Shown here one piece after another: positions 1 through 8,804 of a stretch of DNA of 64,000 nucleotides. The stretch's first letter is position 1, and every line of letters begins with the position of its first letter. Source of the stretch: Tolypothrix carrinoi HA7290-LM1 (GTDB lineage: Bacteria; Cyanobacteriota; Cyanobacteriia; Cyanobacteriales; Nostocaceae); assembly GCA_019358935.1 (NCBI GenBank), contig JAHHIK010000033.1, positions 1-64,000 on the forward strand, read 5' to 3'. The position numbers and the translations under genes were made by a program. Below the pieces are notes generated by a model. The model was not told the origin of the DNA and did no database searches. It saw nothing but the letters and a program-made list of their open reading frames with translations.

Positions 1-71
1 AGCGGATAGGCGGGACTTTGGATAAGTTTACAAAAATGCATTCACAGGACGGATACAGTTATGGATTCTGA
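1..71 (+). CDS. 3' end of a probable IscB (RRXRR/HNH, IS200/IS605-superfamily) nuclease gene; partial at window edge
   Basis: Frame from nt 3 reads RIGGTLDKFTKMHSQDGYSYGF* (TGA 69-71). The H-x-x-DGYSY terminus resembles cyanobacterial IscB C-termini. Only 22 codons are visible. Confidence 0.5.
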   Translation, partial: RIGGTLDKFTKMHSQDGYSYGF

Positions 72-116
72 TTTATATCGAAATATTCCGATTTATCCCA
101 CTACTTTAGGACTTAG

Positions 117-1868
117 TTAAATGGCGGCGTTAATATCAAAGCTGGGTCTTTTTCCTTAACCGATAATGCGAAACTGAGTGCCAGCATTTTAGGAAAGGGA
201 AACACCCCCGGAGTATCTTTGCAGGTTAATAATTCTGTCGATATTGCCAATAATAGTACTATTGACACCCAAGTACGCAATGATGGAAATGGAGCGGGCA
301 TTGGTGGTGACATCAACATCCAAGCCGGAACAATCTCCTTAACCGACAGTCAACTCGAAACCAGTATTACTGGACAAGGGCGTGCTGGTAACGTGATATT
401 TGATGCTCAAAATACTGTCTCTTTTGACAAAAGCTTTATCTACAGCGATACCGATAGGCTGGGGAATAGTGGCATCATCAATATCAATGCTAGAACGCTG
501 TCCTTAACCAATGGTGCAGAAATATTGTCTAGAGCCTTAGGAGAAAATAACGGGGGCAGTATTCAAATTAACGCTTCTGATGTAAACATTTCTGGTGTCA
601 ATCCAGAGCAAGGAAATTTGATTAGTGGGTTGATTACTAGTACTGAAGAAAATGCTACAGGTAAGGGCGGTGATATCAGTATCAATGCTGATAAATTGAG
701 CGTATCAGATGGAGGAGTTGTCAGTGCTAGAAGCAGAAGCGCTGGTTCTGGAGGCAATATCAATGTTGACACTAATACCCTTGATTTGACTGGTGGGGGT
801 CAACTTGTTACTAGTGCCTTTAGCAGTGGCAGTGCAGGTAACATCACTGTCAATGCCAATGAAAGAGTTAGTATCTCTGGCAGCAATCCTACCTTTCAAG
901 CGCGGGTTGACCGATATGGTACACGATTAATTGATAATGATAGTCCTAACAGTGGCTTGTTTGCTCGCGTTACAGGTACAGGTAACGCAACAGCTAGCGG
1001 TGGCAACATTAATGTTACATCTCCCTCGATTTTTCTCGACAAACAGGGAACGATCGCAGCTGAAACTACAGCGGGTGAAGGTGGAAATATCACTCTGAAT
1101 GTCAGAGACATCCTACTACTGCGTAACAACAGCAGCATAACTGCCAGCGCAGGCACTGATGAGGCTAGTGGAAATGCTGGTAACATCACTATCAATGCCC
1201 CTAATGGCTTTGTCGTTGCTGTTCCTAATGAAAATAGCGACATCACAGCTAATGCATTCAGCGACAAAGCCGGTATTGTTAAGATTACAGCCTCTGGGAT
1301 TTTTGGGCTGGTGCCACGCAGTCGTGCAGAATTAGTCAGGTTGCTGCAACCTAAGGAATCATCCGAACTAAATCCAGGTAAGCTGCAAACAAGCGATATC
1401 ACGGCAATTTCTCAGCAAAATCCTTTATTAAGCAATACTGTAGAATTCAACACGGAAATAAACCCAAGCCTTGGTTTGGTTGTCATGCCTACAAATACAG
1501 TTGATGCCTCAAGTTTAATTGCTTCTGGCTGTGCTGGTGATGGGATACAAAACAATCAATTTATCGTTACCGGACGCGGGGGTTTACCTCCTAGTCCGGA
1601 TGAATTTCTTACCAATGATGTGGTATGGCAAGATACGCGGCTTTCATCCGCAGTGGAGAAGGTGGGGAGCTTAGAAAATGGAAATATTAGTAAACAAAGG
1701 AGCGATCGCATCACCCAATCAATTAAGAAAGCTTCTAATGCTGTGAAGATTATTCCTGCTACTGGTTGGGTATTTAACAACACGACAGGTGAAGTTACTC
1801 TTATTTCTAATGCGTCGGTGGCTACTCCTGACAATTTGGCATCTACCCCTGGTATGTGTCCTAAATAG
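117..1868 (+). pseudogene. Filamentous haemagglutinin-like (TPS/S-layer family) exoprotein, C-terminal part; 5' part missing or interrupted
   Basis: GxGGxINI beta-helix repeats; typical cyanobacterial C-terminal motifs FIVTGRGGLPPSP and IIPATGWVFN. Repeat-like frame continues upstream of the TTG at 219 (NGGVNIKAGSFSLTD) to an in-frame TAG at 114-116; no secretion domain. Confidence 0.8.
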
Positions 1869-1977
1869 TGAATACTCCTTTGAAAGTGGGAAGATTACGG
1901 ACTTATAGGGTGAAAGCGATCGCCTTCGGGTTAAAATTGTAGTTAGCGCTTTAGCGTTGAAGCGCCAACTACAAAAT

Positions 1978-2703
1978 TCATGCCTCAGGTTCAATACCTG
2001 CTGCTCGCAGTTGCGCTGCTAATCGTTCAGCGCGTTGTCGTTCTTGTTCAGCGCGTTGTCGTTCTTGTTCAGCCTTTTCTAAACCCCACAGCAGCAAATT
2101 CCCCTGCTCATCCCACCACCGCAACCAAAAACCTGTGCGGTTTTCCCGTTCTCCCTGCCATGTACCGAGAAATAGATTCATTTCTGCGATCGCGTAACGG
2201 TTATTATTATCAGGTTGCTGTAGTTGATACTTGCCATCGTCTAATCGATATACTTCAAGTGTGCCTGTATCCGGCTCAAAAATGGCATAGTTCGGCACTT
2301 TGAGAACTTGTTCGTAAAATAACCATTTTCCTGGCGGATAAGTCGGTTTGACAGAATATTCTCCACCTTCTGTATCTGAGAGAAATTCTATCACAATTAC
2401 CGGAATATCTCCTTGTAATTGGGGAGTGTAACTGCGTTTCACTTCTTCTCTAGAAACGCGGATATTCGCTACATATCCCCAATCTGGTGCTTTAATCACC
2501 ATTTTGCCGTTGACTGTGGCACAAATGCCGTAATTTGTTGTAATTAATACTGTATTTGGCAGTCTTCCAGCTATTTCCAAGCTTTGTGTTAAAGCTGCTG
2601 CCAGAAGAGGTTGATTGATATCATCAATTGGGTGATTTGGTAATAGAAAATCATCAGGTAATTTTTCCCAAGTAACTTGAAATTTGTCTGTGGAGGCAAT
2701 CAT
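1978..2703 (-). CDS. Uma2 family (DUF820) putative restriction endonuclease
   Basis: WEKLPDDF, KAPDW, VIEFLS, WLRWWD motifs and AEQERQR coiled tail. Confidence 0.9.
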   Translation of the reverse strand: MIASTDKFQVTWEKLPDDFLLPNHPIDDINQPLLAAALTQSLEIAGRLPNTVLITTNYGICATVNGKMVIKAPDWGYVANIRVSREEVKRSYTPQLQGDIPVIVIEFLSDTEGGEYSVKPTYPPGKWLFYEQVLKVPNYAIFEPDTGTLEVYRLDDGKYQLQQPDNNNRYAIAEMNLFLGTWQGERENRTGFWLRWWDEQGNLLLWGLEKAEQERQRAEQERQRAERLAAQLRAAGIEPEA

Positions 2704-2710
2704 ATCGATT

Positions 2711-2927
2711 TTGGATTGGGTAATTGGGAATGGGTAATGGGTAATTGGGAATGGGTAATAGGTAATAGGGAATGGTAATAGGTAATAGGGAATGGGGAAT
2801 GGGTAATAGAAAATCGGGAATCGGGAATCGGGAATCGGGAATGGAAATAACTACCAATGCCCAATTACCCAATTACCAATTACCCATTACCAATTACCCA
2901 TTACCAATTACCAATTACCAATTACCC
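2711..2927. repeat. STRR heptamer tracts (GGGTAAT/GGGAATC followed by inverse CCAATTA)
   Basis: Tandem 7-mers in opposite orientations. Confidence 0.95.
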
Positions 2928-2928
2928 T

Positions 2929-4374
2929 CTAAGCTGGTTTCCAAGTACCGTGGAAGCTGTGAGGAATAACGCTGGGTAATTCCAGTTTACAAACAGGTTC
3001 TTCGTCTAGCCTATCCGCGTTAAATACCCAAACTTCACTATTATTAATATTGCCGTCGTAGACAACTGTTATCACCCAAGCTTGGGAAGATGGATTTTCC
3101 GCATCTTCAACGTAAATCGGTTCACTCGGATAGCGATTTTCTCCACAATCGGAAGACGTTAATTTTTCGGCTTGATGGTCAAAACGAGCGATCGCGTTTA
3201 ATATTTCTTCACTAATATCTGTTCCCTGCCGAAATGTGGAAAGATAAGTATATCGAGAAGCTTTTCCCACGTTTTCGGGTGGTACGCTCGGAAATTCGCA
3301 GTGTCTATCTAATATTTGCTCAATTGCGGTTACTTTTCCAGTTTGCGGATTAAGTTGCAATCTTGATAATGAACTCTTAGCAGCAGTGTGAGTTTCTCCT
3401 GTCGCTACTTCTTTGAGATACTGGTTGGTTTGAAAGTCTTCATAACGGGCAATATCTACATTCACCAAACCACTATCATCAACATAACCGTTGCTGAAAT
3501 GCCATTGATACCAAGGTTCAGTTTCACTGCGACTGACTAAGCTTAATGTTTCGCGATCGAAAACTAAAATTTGAGTTCCTAATTGAGGTTTCCATTCCAA
3601 AGCATCGCTGTAGCTGCTTAATCCAAAGAGCGTCGGGAGAGCATTCATCCGCACTGGGGGAATGCAAAATATTAAATATTGCCCTGCTAAAACAAAATCA
3701 TGCAGCAATGGTGTACCATCAAGTTGAAATTGCGATTTTTGAATTATTTTGCCAGTGCTTATGCTCTTATAAATATTCAGCGTCGCATTTAATCCGGGGG
3801 TAACTCCAAAGTTAAAAATCTCCCTGGTGTGCAAATCGCGTTTGCAATGTGCAGAATAACTTAAGCCGTTACTTAACCCTTCTAAATCATCTTCGCCGAA
3901 AGTTTCCAGATTTTGCAAATCTAAAGCGTGAGGTTTACCACCTTCCCACAATGCTAAGAGTTTATCTGGCAGTGCTAATACTGAGGTGTTAGCAGCATTT
4001 TTAAATTGTTTCAACCATGTATTCCAAATTGCCCCAGGTGCAGTCATCCCATAATTAGCGAAAAGCAGTTGATTTTTTGCTTGTTCTTCTTTGTAACCAA
4101 TTGTTTGCACGTAGCGATAAACACCTGTTGCACCTTCCGAGGTAAAATGTACGGCAAGAATTGCCCCATCCCCATCAAACCAATGTCCCATGCGGATATT
4201 ACCGCGTTCTAAGCGTGCCGGTCCGTTGCGGTAAAGTGTACCGCGCAATCCGGTGGGTATTTTTCCAGAAATAACTTGCAGTTGGCTGGGAGAAAATTCT
4301 TGTGCCGGTTGAGCGATCGCACCTGCCCAAGCTGAAGAAGTTGACTTAAAGTTAATTGTATGCATATGATTCAA
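2929..4374 (-). CDS. Carotenoid oxygenase family (RPE65-like) apocarotenoid cleavage enzyme
   Basis: LYRNGP, HWFDGDG, SAH, LHDF, EFP, SEP and C-terminal FHG motifs. Confidence 0.93.
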   Translation of the reverse strand: MNHMHTINFKSTSSAWAGAIAQPAQEFSPSQLQVISGKIPTGLRGTLYRNGPARLERGNIRMGHWFDGDGAILAVHFTSEGATGVYRYVQTIGYKEEQAKNQLLFANYGMTAPGAIWNTWLKQFKNAANTSVLALPDKLLALWEGGKPHALDLQNLETFGEDDLEGLSNGLSYSAHCKRDLHTREIFNFGVTPGLNATLNIYKSISTGKIIQKSQFQLDGTPLLHDFVLAGQYLIFCIPPVRMNALPTLFGLSSYSDALEWKPQLGTQILVFDRETLSLVSRSETEPWYQWHFSNGYVDDSGLVNVDIARYEDFQTNQYLKEVATGETHTAAKSSLSRLQLNPQTGKVTAIEQILDRHCEFPSVPPENVGKASRYTYLSTFRQGTDISEEILNAIARFDHQAEKLTSSDCGENRYPSEPIYVEDAENPSSQAWVITVVYDGNINNSEVWVFNADRLDEEPVCKLELPSVIPHSFHGTWKPA

Positions 4375-4548
4375 TGCTAAATACTATGTCGCTCTTATAT
4401 TTAAGCAACGATATCGAGAATTGATGGCGAAAAACCTGATATTATGTCTGGCATTGGGACAGATATTGTAGAGACGTTTTGCCCGGATTGTACAGACGTT
4501 CCATTGGAACGTCTCTACTGAATCCCCACATGAATGATAAGGCGATCG

Positions 4549-4747
4549 CCCCTGCAACAAAGAGATACGCCTTATGTGGACAGGCTTGTGAGCGTAGATC
4601 CGCAACCACCCACGACTCGGAACTTCGGTTGCCTGTCCACATAAGTCAAAAGAAAGACTCGCCCTAGCCGCCGAACTTGATAAACAGAAAGCTGCTGGTC
4701 GCCCAATTAAGCTGGTGCGACCTTTGTATATCAGCCAAAGCCGCCAA
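4549..4747 (-). ncRNA. Putative structured non-coding element, copy A (unrecognised family), with 15-bp perfect IRs around a 45-bp core
   Basis: Shares collinear blocks with 16986-17177; IRs at 4571-4585 and 4631-4645; G-U pairs favour the minus strand. Confidence 0.45.
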
Positions 4748-4890
4748 GCTACTATTTAAGCAGCTAGTACAGGCAATCTCCTCTCCAGACAAACTAGAGT
4801 GAATTTTAACTTGTGTATCGGTCTAAAAATTTTTCTTGCTCGTCTGCATTGAGGAGAGTAATGTAATTTTCACACCACACAATTGTGCTT

Positions 4891-6021
4891 ATGCGCCTCA
4901 CCTCTCTTGATGTTTTTCGCGGCATTACGATCGCTGGTATGATTCTTGTGAATATGGCAAGCATCGCCGAACCGAATGTTTATCCGGCTTTACTTCATGC
5001 TGATTGGCACGGTTGCACGCCAACTGATTTAGTATTTCCCTTCTTTCTCTTCATAATCGGTGTAGCGATGACTTTTTCGCTATCCAAGTACACCGAAGAG
5101 AAGAAACCCACATCAAGTGTATATTGGCGTATTTTGCGCCGCGCCGCCATTCTTTTTGCCTTGGGATTGCTGCTGAATGTATTTTGGAATAAGGGTATTG
5201 GGACTTTCGATTTCAGTAGTATCCGCATCATGGGAGTATTACAACGCATCAGCCTTGCTTATTTATTTGCGTCCTTGGCAGTCTTAAATATACCGCGTAA
5301 ACAATTATGGATACTTGCAGGAGTGTTGCTTATCGGTTACTGGCTGGCAATGATGTATTTGCCTGTTCCCGGTTTTGGTGCGGGAGTGCTAACGCGAGAA
5401 GGTAATTTTGCAGCTTATATCGATCGGTTGATTATTCCCTCTTCACATCTATATAAAGGTGATGGCTTCAACTTCATGGGAGATCCAGAAGGGCTTTTTA
5501 GTACGATTCCCGCTATCGTTAGCGTTTTTGCTGGCTACTTCACTGGTCAGTGGATACGCAATCAGCCAGTCAAATCACGCACAAGTGTAGGTTTAGTATT
5601 ATTTGGTATCGGTTGCTTAATAATCGGTTGGGCATGGGGTTTGACATTCCCGATTAATAAGAAGCTGTGGACGAGTTCTTATGTAGTTTTTACCACTGGT
5701 TGGGCGTTAATATTACTAGCTGCTTGTTATGAACTTATCGAAGTGCGACGAATACGACGTTGGAGTAAAGGATTTGAAGTCATGGGCTTAAATGCGATCG
5801 CTATTTTCGTGGCTTCTGTGTTACTAATTAAAATCTTAGTGAAAACCAACATCGGCAGCGGTGAAAAAGCTCCTAACACCTTCGATTGGATTTACAATAA
5901 TCTTTTCGTACCTTGGGCGGGTGCTTTCAATGGTTCGCTATTATTTGCCATTGTCACCGTATTACTTTGGTTAGCTGTAGCTTACGGAATGTATCGCCAA
6001 CGCTGGTTTATCAAAGTTTGA
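4891..6021 (+). CDS. Heparan-alpha-glucosaminide N-acetyltransferase-like (NagX/DUF5009) membrane acyltransferase
   Basis: RLTSLDVFRG, DLVFPFFLF, GVLQRI, DPEG, PINKKLWTSSY. Confidence 0.9.
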   Translation: MRLTSLDVFRGITIAGMILVNMASIAEPNVYPALLHADWHGCTPTDLVFPFFLFIIGVAMTFSLSKYTEEKKPTSSVYWRILRRAAILFALGLLLNVFWNKGIGTFDFSSIRIMGVLQRISLAYLFASLAVLNIPRKQLWILAGVLLIGYWLAMMYLPVPGFGAGVLTREGNFAAYIDRLIIPSSHLYKGDGFNFMGDPEGLFSTIPAIVSVFAGYFTGQWIRNQPVKSRTSVGLVLFGIGCLIIGWAWGLTFPINKKLWTSSYVVFTTGWALILLAACYELIEVRRIRRWSKGFEVMGLNAIAIFVASVLLIKILVKTNIGSGEKAPNTFDWIYNNLFVPWAGAFNGSLLFAIVTVLLWLAVAYGMYRQRWFIKV

Positions 6022-6216
6022 ATGCTGATTCGCTAATTATGAAACCTAACCCCCAACCCCTTCCCTACAAGGGAAGGGGAGAAAATCAAAGCCTCTCTCC
6101 TACAAGGAGAGAGGTTTGAATGCTGATTCGCTGATTATGAAACCTAACCCCCAACCCCTTCCCTACAAGGGAAGGGGAGAAAATCAAAGCCTCTCTCCTT
6201 GCAGGAGAGAGGTTTG
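6016..6216 (+). repeat. 98-bp tandem duplication containing double-hairpin dispersed repeat
   Basis: GTTTGAATGCTGATTCGCT at 6016 and 6114; hairpins CCCCTTCCC/GGGAAGGGG and CCTCTCTCC/GGAGAGAGG in each unit. Confidence 0.9.
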
Positions 6217-6233
6217 GAGAGAGGTCTGGATAT

Positions 6234-7373
6234 CTATTTCCCTAAAATATTCAATAATGCTTGTCGATAAATCTTGAGTCCTTCTGCGTTGAGACGATCG
6301 CCATCAGTTGTAAAATTATCTTTCAAAACATTATTTTCATACAACGGTGCTATACCTTCAGCCACAACTGGGACATTTTCTGAAGCTGCCACTTGATTGA
6401 TCGCAGCGTTGATTTGCTCGACTTTAGGGAGTGGAGCTGCTAAACTTGGATCTTTGCTAGCGGCAACTGTTGAGTAAAAAGCGGGAATGAGAAAAATCTG
6501 TTTAGTTCCGGATGTTTTCACAAGTGCGATCGCTTCTTTCAACTTTTTGCTAAACTCTTCATCACTAAGTTGATACAAAGCGTCATTTGCCCCAACAGCA
6601 ATGATGGTTTTTTCACATTTTACCTTGGTAGGAATTAAACGTTGCAATTGTTGAACTAACGAGATTGAACTCACACCATTAAAGGCAAAATTAAAATTAC
6701 CTTCCCCAAGAGTATTTCCAAGTTGAGCAGAAATAGAATCACCAAACAAACAGCCGGAAAATTGCTTACCTTCGCTTGCGTATACTTGATATTGAAGTTC
6801 AAGTTGCCATAAAGGTGAAGAACTTAAATTATCTTTTGGTGTTGCCCCAGAATCAGCAAAAAATAACTTTGATTTGCTGAGTAAGTCTAAAGTTGCTGGG
6901 ACATCAATAACCAATCTATCACTAGGATAAGCTTCCAAAAAGCTGAGTATACTTAAACCTTCTGGTGATTTTGCGCCGATAAGCAAAGCAGAACGTAGTG
7001 CTGGTACACCTGCTTGATCGCGTCGAGCGATCGCACGAGAAGCACCAAATAAAAGTAGTTTACCAATTTGTGAATCTATCAGCTTATTTAAAGCCACAAT
7101 ATCCAGAGACTTTTTCACCTGAAGTGCTTGTTGTAACTGTGCTTGCTGTTTAGGTTTTAAATAACCCAAAAAAGATTGCAAATCAGACGAAACTTTTTGC
7201 GTTTCCGCATACTTACGTAAATCTGCTACTGGAAGAGATTGATCGAATATTCCATATCTGACAACAATTTTCTCAGCTGCCAAACTGAAAGATGAATCGA
7301 GAAAACTATGAAAAGTTAAAAATATTAAGCAACCAGATAGGCATAAGAGAGGACGATATAAATTTTTAATCAT
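6234..7373 (-). CDS. DUF1400 domain fused to SGNH/GDSL hydrolase domain
   Basis: AAEKIVVRYG DUF1400 start after signal peptide; FGDSIS, GAND blocks. Start placed at ATG 7373 because the upstream extension is STRR-derived. Confidence 0.8.
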   Translation of the reverse strand: MIKNLYRPLLCLSGCLIFLTFHSFLDSSFSLAAEKIVVRYGIFDQSLPVADLRKYAETQKVSSDLQSFLGYLKPKQQAQLQQALQVKKSLDIVALNKLIDSQIGKLLLFGASRAIARRDQAGVPALRSALLIGAKSPEGLSILSFLEAYPSDRLVIDVPATLDLLSKSKLFFADSGATPKDNLSSSPLWQLELQYQVYASEGKQFSGCLFGDSISAQLGNTLGEGNFNFAFNGVSSISLVQQLQRLIPTKVKCEKTIIAVGANDALYQLSDEEFSKKLKEAIALVKTSGTKQIFLIPAFYSTVAASKDPSLAAPLPKVEQINAAINQVAASENVPVVAEGIAPLYENNVLKDNFTTDGDRLNAEGLKIYRQALLNILGK

Positions 7374-7578
7374 TGGTAATGGGTAATTGGTAATGGGTAA
7401 TTGGTAATGGGTAATTGGTAATGGGTAATGGGTAATGGGTAATTGGGCATTGGTTATAGATGATAGTTCATTTTTCATTTTTATTCCCCATTCTCCATTA
7501 CCTATTACCTATTCCCCATTCCCCATTCTCCATTACCTATTACCTATTACCTATTCCCCATTCTCCATTTTCCCATTC
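7374..7578. repeat. STRR heptamer tracts
   Basis: (GGTAATG/GGTAATT)n and (CCCCATT/CCTATTA)n. Confidence 0.9.
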
Positions 7579-7637
7579 ATCAATATAAATAGACAAACTC
7601 AATTTGGGAATAATCAAGCAGTAGATGTGGAGATAAT

Positions 7638-8753
7638 ATGGAAGAACGCGCATATTGGCTAGCTTGGTCGCAAATTTCGGGGATTGGTCCAGTGTTGTTA
7701 CAACGGTTGCAACAGCATTTTGGCACGTTGGCTGCCGCTTGGAAAGCACATCCTAAGGAATTGGGTGAAGTAGAGGGTTTTGGTTTGCAGACGCTGGAAA
7801 AGGTGATAAAACAACGTTCTCGCTTGCATCCCGAACAACTACTTATCAAGCACCAGCAAGAAAATCCTTATTTTTGGACACCAGCTGATGTAGATTATCC
7901 GCGCTTGCTGCTAGAAACACCTAGTCCACCGTCAATATTATATTATCGTGGTGAAGTGGACTTGTCAGAAAATCTCGGACAAAAACCGCTGGTTTCGATT
8001 GTCGGGACGCGCAAACCTACAGAATATGGTATACGTTGGACTCGTCAAATTAGCACGGCTTTGGCGAAAAATAATTTTACAGTTGTTTCGGGAATGGCAG
8101 AGGGAATTGACACTGAATGTCATTTTGCCGCGATGAAAGCTGGTGGACGCACTTTAGCAGTTTTGGGTACGGGTGTAGATGTCATCTATCCACACAAAAA
8201 TCGCGATTTGTACAAGCAGATTTTGACATCTGGGTTAGTGCTGAGTGAATACAGCGCGAAAACACCACCCGATCGCACTCATTTTCCCCGTCGTAATAGA
8301 ATAATTGCCGGGTTGACTCGCGCTGTTTTGGTGATGGAAGCACCGATAAAATCTGGCGCTTTAATTACAGCCAAATACGCAAATGAATTTGGACGAGATG
8401 TTTATGCACTACCTGGTAGACTGGATGACCAGCCATCCCAAGGGTGTTTAAAGTTACTTTATCAAGGAGCAACGCCGATTCTCAGAGAACTTGATGAACT
8501 GTTAAAGATGTTGGGTGCAATACCACAACTTGATGTAATTGAAGCTTCACCAATACCGCAGGAGTTGCCTTTGCTAAATTTACCACGAGAACTGGAACAA
8601 GTTATGGAGGCTATTTCTTCGGAGTCTTTGCCTTTTGATTTTATTATCCAACAAACCGGGATGAATGCTGGTTCGGTTTCTAGTGCTTTGTTGCAGTTGG
8701 AACTTATGGGTTTGATTTCGCAGTTACCGGGAATGCGCTATCAACGGTGTTAA
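7638..8753 (+). CDS. dprA: DNA-processing protein DprA
   Basis: IVGTR, VVSGMAEGID, FPRRNRIIAGL, SGALITA; C-terminal winged helix. Confidence 0.96.
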   Translation: MEERAYWLAWSQISGIGPVLLQRLQQHFGTLAAAWKAHPKELGEVEGFGLQTLEKVIKQRSRLHPEQLLIKHQQENPYFWTPADVDYPRLLLETPSPPSILYYRGEVDLSENLGQKPLVSIVGTRKPTEYGIRWTRQISTALAKNNFTVVSGMAEGIDTECHFAAMKAGGRTLAVLGTGVDVIYPHKNRDLYKQILTSGLVLSEYSAKTPPDRTHFPRRNRIIAGLTRAVLVMEAPIKSGALITAKYANEFGRDVYALPGRLDDQPSQGCLKLLYQGATPILRELDELLKMLGAIPQLDVIEASPIPQELPLLNLPRELEQVMEAISSESLPFDFIIQQTGMNAGSVSSALLQLELMGLISQLPGMRYQRC

Positions 8754-8804
8754 TATGCATGTTTTAAGCACTTTAGTGCTTACTACGAAAGAAAAATTTA
8801 CATA

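Noticed and set aside
563..1834. Long antisense ORFs opposite the FHA, RND, aspS and pentapeptide genes
   Set aside because: Shadow frames of real genes with biased codon usage.
2654..2969. ORFs in STRR tracts (also 7435-7662, 14991-15191, 29026-29547) and STRR-derived N-terminal extensions (7478, 27323, 55392)
   Set aside because: Translations are heptamer-repeat artefacts (PITNYQL, GNGEWGM).
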